The notes under the pieces: generated by a model | Database searches by the model: none | What the model was told of the DNA's origin: nothing | The model's input: only the letters and a program-made list of their open reading frames with translations | Assembly (NCBI GenBank): GCA_020184695.1 | Contig: JAANOX010000258.1 | Coordinates: 648,676-712,675, forward strand | DNA length: 64,000 bases | Source: Histomonas meleagridis 2922-C6/04-290x | Taxonomy: Eukaryota; Protista; Parabasalia | Direction: 5' to 3' | Shown here: one piece after another, positions 1 through 9,703 of the stretch | How positions within the stretch are numbered: the first letter of the stretch is position 1 | How the letters are laid out: each line of letters begins with the position of its first letter | Program-made: the position numbers and the translations under genes

Positions 1-34
1 GCTAAACGGTCGTATATACGTTATCTTATTTGGG

Positions 35-2488
35 ATGCAACAACTTGTATTTTCATCAGAAGAAGTATCAGAGCTAATTCAAAAGTTTGGAATTACAAAA
101 GCAGCATCCATTATTGGTTATGAAAATTCGATACTTGGTCAATTACATTCAATCAATATACAAATTCCCAAAGGATTCATAATAACAATTACAGCATCCA
201 AAGAATTCGCATCATCAGGAAATGACAAAATTGATTTTATTATAGATGAAGTACTCCATGGAGTAAAATTAATTGAAGAAAATACAAAAAAAAAATTTGG
301 TTCCATTAAATTTCCACTTTTGCTTAACGCACGGGCTTGCTTGTCTATTAGTTCAGGAGGTTTACTACCAGAAATTTCAAATATTGGGTTAAATGATTTT
401 ACATCTTTAAGCCTAGAAAAAATCACCAGAAACAAAACTTATATATGGCGAACGTATAGCCATTATATAAGGCGTTATGGTTCTATTATACTTCATATAT
501 CTGATGATGATTTTGAGACTGAGTTTCAAAATTTCCAAAAATCGAGAAATATTTCAAACACTGATTTACTTACAGGCAATGACTACATGTATTTATCTAA
601 ATTATATAAGTCTCTAATTGTCAAGAAAACAAATAAACCATTTCCACAAGATCCATTTGAACAATTGAAACAAATTATAATTTCATTTTTCAAATACCAA
701 AACAATTCCTTTATACTTGCATTCCAAAAGCATCAAAATTCTGATAACAAAGGAATATCAATTTCGATATTTCCGACATTTTATGGCAAAGAAAACGAAA
801 TTCTCTTTAAATGTAAATTAACGACACGCGATGCATTTACAGGCATTTCCAAATATTATGGACATTATAGGAACAAATTAACAAATAAACCAAAGACTTC
901 AATTGATACATTAGAAAAAACGCTTTATGAAAAAATGATAAAAATCTCAGAATCAATTGAAGCATATTTAAAAGAATCAAAATGTATCACATTTTTTATA
1001 CATAACAATGAATGTTATGTTCTAAATGTTACATCATTACAATTAACATCAGCCGGAAAATTCAAATTCATTAAAGATTTGGTTAAAAATGAATCAATAA
1101 ATAAAATCGATGCATTTAAACTAATTAATTATGATGATATTAGACAACTTTCTACTCCATTAATTAATGATTCGAATGAAAAAATATTTTGTAAAGGAAA
1201 TTTTGCAAGTTCTTTTAATGTTACTGGAAAAGTCTTATTTAATACTTCTAATTTTGATGAAAACAAAAATGAAAATTTTATATATTTTAAAAATTCTTTA
1301 AATATTAATAACTTTGATTTATTTATGAAATCGTCTGCAATTGTAACTTCATCAAATAATTCATTTTCACAAACAATCGCTTTGTTGTTTAAAAAAACAG
1401 CAGCGATTGGTTGTGATGGATTAATTATTAATGAAGAAGAAAAAATTGCAAAATGTGGAAATAATATTATCCATGAAAATGATATTGTGACTGTTTCTGG
1501 TGATGGAATTGTTTATCTTAACAAAGTAAATATTCCAAAAGAAATAAGAATCGATAATTCTGACTTAAAAGAAATACTTTTATGGGCTGATGAAATCCGT
1601 AGAAATAAATTTTATATATATTCTCACACGAATAATTTTGATGAAATTAATAAATCATTAGAAGTTGGTACTGATGGAATTTTATATTATCCGATTAAAT
1701 CATTTTTTAATAATGAAAATGAAAATGATATTAATGAATTTGAAGAAAATATTGTTAAAAAGTTAAAAGAAATTGTCGAAGTTATTAAAGATAAACCATT
1801 AATATTAACTCTTTTGGATTCATTTAAATCAAATTCTGATTATGATTATGATCCAATTGATCTCGCAGAAGAAATCGGTCAACTTAAAGCACAAAGAGAA
1901 AAATTCGAAGAAACTATTGATCAAGAAGAGATCGATACCAAAAAGAACATATTATTAAATGAAATAAATAACAAAAATAATAATAACATTAAAGGAGCAT
2001 CATTTTTGATAATAAGAAAAGACATTTTAAATATGCAAATGAGAGCAATTTTAAAAGTTATTAAAGATTTTAATGCGAATATACGCGTTTTAATACCATT
2101 TGTGAATGATGGTAATGAAATAATGGAAATAAAAAAAATAATTAATAAAATATCAAACGAAATTTCAGTAGGTGCAATCATAGAAACTCAAAGAGCTTTT
2201 TACGTTTCGGATCAAATTGCTAAAAATTCCGATTTCGTTTGTATTTCTTCTGATGAATTAGGTAAAAATGATTTGATAAATAATGAAATAATAACTTATT
2301 CAATTAGAAAAATTAAAAAAATGGAAAAAGAAAAAGAAATTATTTTGTTATATGATAAATATGAAAATGATGACAAAAACGCTCTGGATCATTATTTAGA
2401 AGAAGGAATTAACTCATTTGTTTTTAATATTAATTCAATTCCATTAATGCGATTCTTCACTGCAAAAACATTAATTGATAAAGAATAA
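35..2488 (+). CDS. Divergent pyruvate phosphate dikinase (PPDK)-like protein, probably catalytically inactive
   Basis: Collinear PPDK motifs: IPKGFIIT, PLLLNAR...ISNIGLND, YIWRTYSHYIRRYG, KPFPQDPFEQL, G..AS...VTGK, IVTVSGDG.VY, LLWADEIR, VLIPFV, VGAIIETQRA. The phospho-His segment (canonical T-x-x-G-G-x-T-S-H-A-A) reads TSSNNSFSQTI. Confidence 0.85.
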   Translation: MQQLVFSSEEVSELIQKFGITKAASIIGYENSILGQLHSINIQIPKGFIITITASKEFASSGNDKIDFIIDEVLHGVKLIEENTKKKFGSIKFPLLLNARACLSISSGGLLPEISNIGLNDFTSLSLEKITRNKTYIWRTYSHYIRRYGSIILHISDDDFETEFQNFQKSRNISNTDLLTGNDYMYLSKLYKSLIVKKTNKPFPQDPFEQLKQIIISFFKYQNNSFILAFQKHQNSDNKGISISIFPTFYGKENEILFKCKLTTRDAFTGISKYYGHYRNKLTNKPKTSIDTLEKTLYEKMIKISESIEAYLKESKCITFFIHNNECYVLNVTSLQLTSAGKFKFIKDLVKNESINKIDAFKLINYDDIRQLSTPLINDSNEKIFCKGNFASSFNVTGKVLFNTSNFDENKNENFIYFKNSLNINNFDLFMKSSAIVTSSNNSFSQTIALLFKKTAAIGCDGLIINEEEKIAKCGNNIIHENDIVTVSGDGIVYLNKVNIPKEIRIDNSDLKEILLWADEIRRNKFYIYSHTNNFDEINKSLEVGTDGILYYPIKSFFNNENENDINEFEENIVKKLKEIVEVIKDKPLILTLLDSFKSNSDYDYDPIDLAEEIGQLKAQREKFEETIDQEEIDTKKNILLNEINNKNNNNIKGASFLIIRKDILNMQMRAILKVIKDFNANIRVLIPFVNDGNEIMEIKKIINKISNEISVGAIIETQRAFYVSDQIAKNSDFVCISSDELGKNDLINNEIITYSIRKIKKMEKEKEIILLYDKYENDDKNALDHYLEEGINSFVFNINSIPLMRFFTAKTLIDKE

Positions 2489-2672
2489 TTTTTTGTTTAT
2501 TTTATTTTAAATAAAAACAATAATTATAATTTTTTATTTTGTGCTTTTTTAGTTTCTACTCAAGGTTATAAGTATTTTTTAATTGATGAATTCAGAATGA
2601 TATCATTTTTTTCAATTGTTACTTTTTGTTTATTTATTACTTTTATTGTTTTCGATATGAAAAAAATCAAGA

Positions 2673-2744
2673 GTCTCCGTAGTCTAATGGTTAGAATAGG
2701 AGTTTAACACGCTCTTGACGGCAGTTCGATCCTGCCCGGAGACA
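2673..2744 (+). tRNA. tRNA-Val(AAC)
   Basis: Cloverleaf folded by hand: acceptor GTCTCCG/CGGAGAC plus discriminator A; D-loop AATGGTT; anticodon stem GGAGT/GCTCT with loop TTAACAC; T-stem GGCAG/CTGCC with TTCGATC loop; followed by a T6 Pol III terminator. Confidence 0.95.
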
Positions 2745-2840
2745 ATTTTTTGTTATTTTTGCCAAGTTAACACAAAAAACATCAAGTCAATTTTTTAACA
2801 GTACATGTGAAATTAAACGTTTGAAAAATATGTTTTCGAA

Positions 2841-3845
2841 ATGGAATTTAGGTTAAATGAAGATCTGCAAGACCTTTACCAAAGTAAAACATTAGCAAGC
2901 AGTCCATTTAGCGTGCATGCTAGCAAAACACATAGCCAAATTTCTATTACACGTAAGTGCATTGTAAATCAATGTTTATTTTGGTGTGATGTAGCCCAAC
3001 GTTTCACAAAAAACATGCACAAATCTCCTCCAAAACCTGATCGTAATAACTCTAATCAAGTTGACACAATATCAGATTCATCATTCATTGTAGGCGTTAT
3101 TGGCTGTGGATCGATTGGTTCCAAATTTATCCGTAATCTTATCAAACTAAAAATTGTCTCTCCATCACAAATCCGAGTATCATCGCGCACACCTTCTAAA
3201 GCTAAACTTCGATGTAATTTAGATGTTATCTCTTCAAATACAGAAATTGCATCGCAGTGCACTGTCCTTTTTCTCTTTATTCTTCCCTTCCAGTTCCGTC
3301 AGATATATCAAGAAATTCGTGAATCCATTCAAATTAATCATCCATTAATCATTTCAACATTATCCGGGACCACAAAATTATATCTTCAAAGGTCACTTAA
3401 TACTTCATTTGTTATCACCACTGGCATTGATATCTCGGTAATTGAAACTTCTGTTGAAGATGAACATAATTTATTAGAATTTGAAGAAACCGATTTTCTT
3501 CATTCCGGAACATATAACAATGCGAAAGCTATGAAGTTGGTTGATTCAGCGTCATTCGCTGCCGAAAATCTGGTTCGCTGTGGTTTTGATTTTGTGAATT
3601 CAATAGTTTACACGCTATGTGAATGGGCATCAAAAGACCCAAACTTTGAAAGGATTAAGGCAAAGCCAGAAACTTATGAAAGGCTCTGGGAAAAGTCATT
3701 TGTTTCATTATCATCAATTTTAACAGAGGAAAAATTTGATCAAATTGGAAAATGTGAAATAAAGAAAGCATTTATTAGAGCACTTGTACGGAATGAAACC
3801 AATGAAAGAAAAGAACTAAGTAGCAGCTCTTTTCCACAACTATAG
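2841..3845 (+). CDS. NADP-dependent oxidoreductase domain protein (NOXRED1 / pyrroline-5-carboxylate reductase-like Rossmann fold)
   Basis: VGVIGCGSIG Rossmann motif, followed by IRVSSRTP, VLFLFILPFQF and IISTLSG, typical of the P5CR/F420-oxidoreductase N-terminal domain. Confidence 0.7.
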   Translation: MEFRLNEDLQDLYQSKTLASSPFSVHASKTHSQISITRKCIVNQCLFWCDVAQRFTKNMHKSPPKPDRNNSNQVDTISDSSFIVGVIGCGSIGSKFIRNLIKLKIVSPSQIRVSSRTPSKAKLRCNLDVISSNTEIASQCTVLFLFILPFQFRQIYQEIRESIQINHPLIISTLSGTTKLYLQRSLNTSFVITTGIDISVIETSVEDEHNLLEFEETDFLHSGTYNNAKAMKLVDSASFAAENLVRCGFDFVNSIVYTLCEWASKDPNFERIKAKPETYERLWEKSFVSLSSILTEEKFDQIGKCEIKKAFIRALVRNETNERKELSSSSFPQL

Positions 3846-4143
3846 ATAATTGAGTAATGAAAATCAAATATTTATATAAATATAAAGTGGGAAAAAATCT
3901 GTAGTATCGGTTTCACTTTTTGAACGCGATTCTATTCAAACCGATCGAAAAGTGCCGCTTATTTTTTACAACTGTAAAAACAGTTTAGTGTAAAGACTGA
4001 ATATCGAATTTTTTAACGATTTTATCAATTTATTTATTCACTTTTTATGATAGTTTTTTTTTAAAGAAATATTAAAATTTTATTATTGATGTTTAGCTTT
4101 GATGGAACTGATCAGTTCATATGTAAAAAGATTATTTTATCTT

Positions 4144-7100
4144 TTACTCTTCATCATTTGTATTTCTCTTCATTAATTTGCATGGGTAAATACCATGACC
4201 CGCTCCACAATCACAAAAACAAGGCGAAGGATTTTTCGCTTCAGATATTTCATGACCTTTATGACATGTTTTGGCGCATTCTTCGCATATACTAAAACCT
4301 GATTGCATTGAACAAGTTTTACATTGGTAATAAGTTCTGTGCATTAAATATTTGTATTTAGTTTGTTCAAATGTGCAATGTCCTGGAATGCATTCGAGAA
4401 TAGGTCTATTTCTTTGGATTCTATAATGGTTTGCTTGATCATTATATAACGTTTTTATTTCTTTGTTATCTTTATCATCAATTTCAATACCGTTTTGTTG
4501 AATAAGTATTTTTATAACTTCATTATTTTCATTTTTTATTGCATGTGCAATTGCTGTGATAAATTATTAAAATAAGTTCCAAAAATTACTTGAAAACATT
4601 AAAATATTAAAATAAAATTTAAATAAAATAATTTTATATCTTTTGCATTAATATCAATTCCTTTTTGTTCAAGTAATAATTTAACTATATCGACATGATT
4701 ATTCTTAGCTGATAAAATAAGTGCTGTATAAAATTATTTGAATAAATTCCAAATATTATTTAAAATTATCAAATTATTATAACAAAAATAAAATGAATAA
4801 TAGAAAGTTTAGCATTAATATCAACTTTTTCTTGCTCAAGAATAAATTTAACTATATCAGTCTTCCCATTTAAAGATGAGAATATAAGGGAAATATTAAA
4901 TTATTTAAATTATTTCTAAATAATATAATAAAATTAAAAATTATAACAATAAAAATTATTTCGAATATTTTCATCAATATCTTCTTGTTCAAGAAGTAAT
5001 TTTACAATTTCAACATAACCATTTAAAGAAGCAAATAAAACTGCTGATTCAAATAATAAAAACAATTTCTAAATAAAAAATTAAAATTTTAAATCATTAA
5101 GACAAATACTAAACAAGTTAAATAAATATTAACATTTGTATTAATTCCTTCTTTTTCAAAAAGTAATTTAACTATATCAATATAACCTTTCTCAGATGCT
5201 ATTATTAATGCTGATCTATAAATTATAAATAAATTCCAAATATTTTCATAAAATTTTAAACTATTTAAATAAATTTCAAATAAAAAATTTAAATATCTGT
5301 GGCATGAATATTAATTCCATTTTGTTCAAGAAGTAATTTTACTGTTTCTGAATGTCCGTTTTCTGCTGCAAATATAAGTGGTGTTCTAAATATTTTAAAT
5401 AATTTCCAAATATTATTTTGGAGTTTTAAAATCTTTATCATTTATATTAGTTTCTTCTTTTTTTAGAATCAATTTAACAATTTCGTTACGGCCATTAGCA
5501 CATGCAATCATAAGAATTGAAAACAATAATTTTAATAAACTCCAAATATTATTTTTTAACAAAATATTATTTTGATAAACTCTAAATCAAATAAATTATC
5601 ATCTTTCTCATTAATATTAATTCCTTGATGATTAATAAGTAATTTAATGATTTCTTCATTCCCAAATTTAGATGCTAAAATAAGTGATGTTTCAAATATT
5701 TAAAGTAATTTCCAAATATTCACTTTAAATATAAAATTAATAAAATAAAGACTATATAAAATATATAAAAATTTTTATCATTTATATTAATATTTTCGTT
5801 TTCAAGTAGTAATTTTACTATTTTAGCATTGTTCTTTTCAATTGCAAACATAAGAACTGAAATAAAAAATTTTAATAAATTCTAAGTTTTATTTTGATAT
5901 ATTAAATAGTTAAAACTAACATTAAATAAAACATATAAATATCTTTAGTATTAACATCAATTCCTTTGTGTTGAAGAAGCAATTTTACAATATCTATATA
6001 ACCTTTTTGGATTGCTATAATAAGAGGTGTACCAAATTATTTGAGTAAATTTTATATATTTTTAAATAGTAAATTACTCAAATAAACATTAAATGTTACA
6101 AATAAATACTTTTCGCATTAACGTTAACATCTTTTTGTTCAAGAATAACTTTAGCTATATCAGGATGATCATTTTTTAATGCATAAGTAAGTGCTGATTT
6201 AAATAATTTAAATAATTTCCAAACATTTTTTTAAAATATGAAATTATTAAAATAAATATTAAATATAACAAATAAACCAAAATATTAACATCGATTTCTT
6301 TCATCTCAAGAAGTAATTTAACAATTTCTATACAATCGTTTTTGAATGCATATATAAGTGCTGTATTAAACAATTTAAATAATCTCCAAATATTATCTTA
6401 AAATATAAAATTAACAAAAATTTCTCTATATAAAACAAATTTATATCTTTAGCATTAATATCAATTCCTTCTTGCTTAAGAAGTAATTTAACTATATCTA
6501 TATAACCTTTTTCTGATGCTATAATAAGTGCTGTCTTAAATAATTTAAATAATTTCCAAATATTATTTTAAAATTTGAAATTATTAAAATAAATTTCATC
6601 GTTAACATTGATATTAATTTCAACATCATCAATAAGTAAATTACATATTTCATTATGACATTTATTTAATGCTGCTAAAACAGATGAGTTAAAAACATTA
6701 AATAAATACCAAATATTATGATCAAAAACCAATTTCATCATTTTCTTTTCTTTCGAAGAATGATTTCAGTATATCTTTTTGACGATTTTCTAATTCCTCA
6801 ATTAATTTCTTTTTAAACATTTTAAATAAATCTCAAATCTCAAAACAAAACATTAAATTATTAAAACAAATATTAAATATTCAAAATTTAATATCTTTTT
6901 CATTTAAATCATTTTTTTCTTTTTCAAAAACATATTTAACAAGTTCAATGTTTCCTGAAATTGTTGAAAACAATAAAATTTTTTCTGGGATTTGATTGTT
7001 TTGCATAAAATCTTTCACAAGATATAAGTTACCAATTTTTGCTGATTCATTAATAATAGATTCATCAATTGGCATACCTTCTTCGATTAAAAATGAAAGA

Positions 7101-8146
7101 ATTTCATAGTTCGCAAAGTGAAGACAAACATTTCCAAAGTTTTTAATTCTTGTTAATTTTTTCTCATGATTTTCTTTTTCTTTAATCGATTTTATTTTGT
7201 TTAATTTTTCTCTATTTATTTCATAAAGATATTTAAAGATATCATTTCGATGGAATTTAATTGCTGCTTCATATCCACCTTTAAATGATGAATGATTTTG
7301 TTCACATAAATGAATGATTTCAATGTTTCCACCTGCAACTGCATATTTACCTGTATTTTCTGCTTTTGCGCCATTCATAAGTAAATATTTAAAACATTTA
7401 ACTGACCCAAAAAATGCTGCATAATCAATTAATGTAACATTACTTTGATTAACAAATGAATATCTTTCATAAAGTGATGGTTTAATTGCCTTATTAAAAT
7501 CAAAGTTTTCTTGTGATGATATTTCTTGAAGTTTTTCGATTTCATCATTTCGAATTATTTTCGCAATTTCTTTTGGATTAACTCCTTCTTCGATTAATTT
7601 TTTATGAAGTTCAAAATTATTCTTTGAAAGTTCATCATAATTTTTTAAGAATTTTCTTGTTAATGAACCACTTTGCAAAATGTTTTTTCGATGTGCAAAA
7701 TAATTTGAATCTAATTTTTTAATAATTTTTGTATCAATTAAATTTAATTTAATGAATTTCTCAATAATATAATTTAATTCTTGACATGCGCTTTGTGATT
7801 TATACATATTTACCAAATATTTACTAAAAACTTCAATAATGCTTGAATTACTTTGATTTTTTTCTTCTTTAGTTTGAATAGATTGTATATAATCTATATA
7901 TAAATCAACATCATTTTTTTGTAATAAACATGCAACATAAATTAAATCAGTTAATGAAAGATTAAATGTATGTGGAAATTTTGAATCAAATAAACTCATT
8001 ATTTGTTCAACTGATTGTTCAAAATTTTCTTTAATCAAATTAAATATTATGCCTTCAAGCGTACGTAATAAATGAACGCTCTTAAATTTACCATAATTGG
8101 CATTCTCAATTTTGTTTAAATTTTGATTTGAACTTAGATCTTCCAT
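4144..8146 (-). CDS. DUF3447-type ankyrin-repeat protein with C-terminal UBR-box zinc finger; coding sequence interrupted by ~54 17-nt inserts
   Basis: ORF 8146-6881 has DUF3447 motifs (TLIDYAAFFGSVKCFKYL, YAVAGGNIEII, AIKFHRNDIFKYL). About 14 stop-free ~31-codon ankyrin segments follow between 6800 and 4560. The last runs in frame into CTFEQTK...YYQCKTC...ICEECAKTCHKGH...CFCDCG (UBR box; the track ORF 4144-4344 is only its end). Confidence 0.85.
4561..6892 (-). other. 15 clusters of 17-nt AT-rich inserts separating single codons in ankyrin beta-hairpins (putative non-canonical micro-introns)
   Basis: Example (minus strand, ~6445-6365): GAT [ATAAATTTGTTTTATAT] AGA [GAAATTTTTGTTAATTT] TAT [ATTTTAAGATAATATTT] GGA [GATTATTTAAATTGTTT] AAT ACA GCA, giving D-R-Y-G-N-T-A. 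The repeat period is mostly 170 bp (102 coding + 4x17). Confidence 0.9.
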
Positions 8147-8541
8147 TAAATTTTGAAAGTGATATGACCAAACGACTTAACCGTAATCGATTCACTGCAA
8201 ATCAACGTGCGGCAAAACAATTTTGAGAAGCATGAACCGTCGTCATAAAATAAATGTTTTTGGTGTTAAAACATTGGAATTTATTACATAATAATGAGTA
8301 CCATGTACGCAATTTATGGAATTTGGCAGGAGATATCATAGTCCTTTCACAACAATATTATATTATTCTCACATATGGCTTCTTATGCGATGGCAAAATC
8401 GGAGCACCCCCAAATTGTAGCGGTTTTTTGAATGCTTTTCAACCAACGACGATCAATTTCCAACACAAAAATGCAAACCGTTGTTTATGCGCCATTTTAC
8501 TGAAAATCATTGAAACCGTTAATATACGTTAACTCGAAGAC

Positions 8542-9156
8542 ATGACACAACTTCCACCGAAATCATCCAAAAAAACAGCATCCGGTCTTTCCCCTGAGAC
8601 TGATGCATATTTATCAAAACTCATGAGGAAAAATGGAATGTCTAAAAGAAAACAAAATGATTTACTTGGACAAATACAAACAGAAGGTGTTCTTCCTATG
8701 CAACCAAAACCAAAAATCTATAAGCCCGTTACAAAACCAAAGCCAGAACAAAAAGTTTTTACAATGGCTCAAGTTGGTAAGCGTCCTTTAACAAAGAAAG
8801 AATCAACAATCATAGAAGAAACTAACTTTTATGAACCTGCTCGTCCACCTGCTGTTCCCATTGGTCCTTCGTCTGAAGAAAGGAAAACAGAACTTGCCAC
8901 CAAAATGTGGGGTGTTGATGAAGAAGCAATCAAACAAAAACAAAAAAAGGAAAATTCACAAACAAGCTATTCTAAATTTACGATGGATGATCAAATCCTT
9001 GAGGAAATCAAGGATAGAACTAATTGGCTTGAAGAAATGCATGAAATTGGTGTGCATGAGCATGATGCAGAAACTCTCAGGCAGATCGATCAACGAGTAG
9101 AAGAACTCAAAAAGAGGCGAAAAGCAAAGAAAACAATATATGACGATTCTGACTAA
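8542..9156 (+). CDS. UPF0193/EVG1 (C22orf23)-like protein
   Basis: SPETDAYLSKLM...LP N-terminal motif and C-terminal DDQILEEIKDRTNWLEEM...LRQIDQRVEEL, resembling the UPF0193 family (recognised from memory). Confidence 0.65.
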   Translation: MTQLPPKSSKKTASGLSPETDAYLSKLMRKNGMSKRKQNDLLGQIQTEGVLPMQPKPKIYKPVTKPKPEQKVFTMAQVGKRPLTKKESTIIEETNFYEPARPPAVPIGPSSEERKTELATKMWGVDEEAIKQKQKKENSQTSYSKFTMDDQILEEIKDRTNWLEEMHEIGVHEHDAETLRQIDQRVEELKKRRKAKKTIYDDSD

Positions 9157-9703
9157 TAATATGTTAATTAATTCATAGAAATGTATTTATTATAAAAATC
9201 AAATTAAAACAATTCACTCACTTAAAGTTTTTAAAAATAGTTCACTTACTTAAAGTTATTGATAAGAATAACTTGAACACACAATTGAAAATTCATGATG
9301 AAAAGCATTGGAAAGTACGATTAAATATCTCACAAAACTGTTATTTTGAAAATGATTTAATCGTTCATTTTAATTAAAATTCTTTTTCACACAGGTTGAA
9401 CATGTATATAAAGTTCGACCCAAAATGTTGGGACACCACCTGTTCATTATTGAGAGGATTCCTTTCAATCTGTCCCAAGTTCGTACTTTAATATTTTTCA
9501 TTTGGAGATCTCTCAATTCCCCACTTTTTCATAATTTATCTGTTCGTTGCCATTTTTTCTTGCTCAAGTGTTTTCTTGCCATTTAGCTCTGTGTTAAAAA
9601 AAATTTCTTTTTCTAGAAAAAGATTTTACTGAGTTTATAATATATTGAAAAATAGATCGAATTCGACATAATTCGTTCATCGCAATTTGAATTTCACACA
9701 GAT

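Noticed and set aside
4561-6892. Simple pseudogene decay of the ankyrin arrays
   Set aside because: Every helical segment is stop-free and in register, insert length is fixed, and the terminal UBR box is intact. The true pseudogenes in the window (19.8-21.4 kb, 54.7-55.2 kb) look quite different. Not formally excluded without RNA data.
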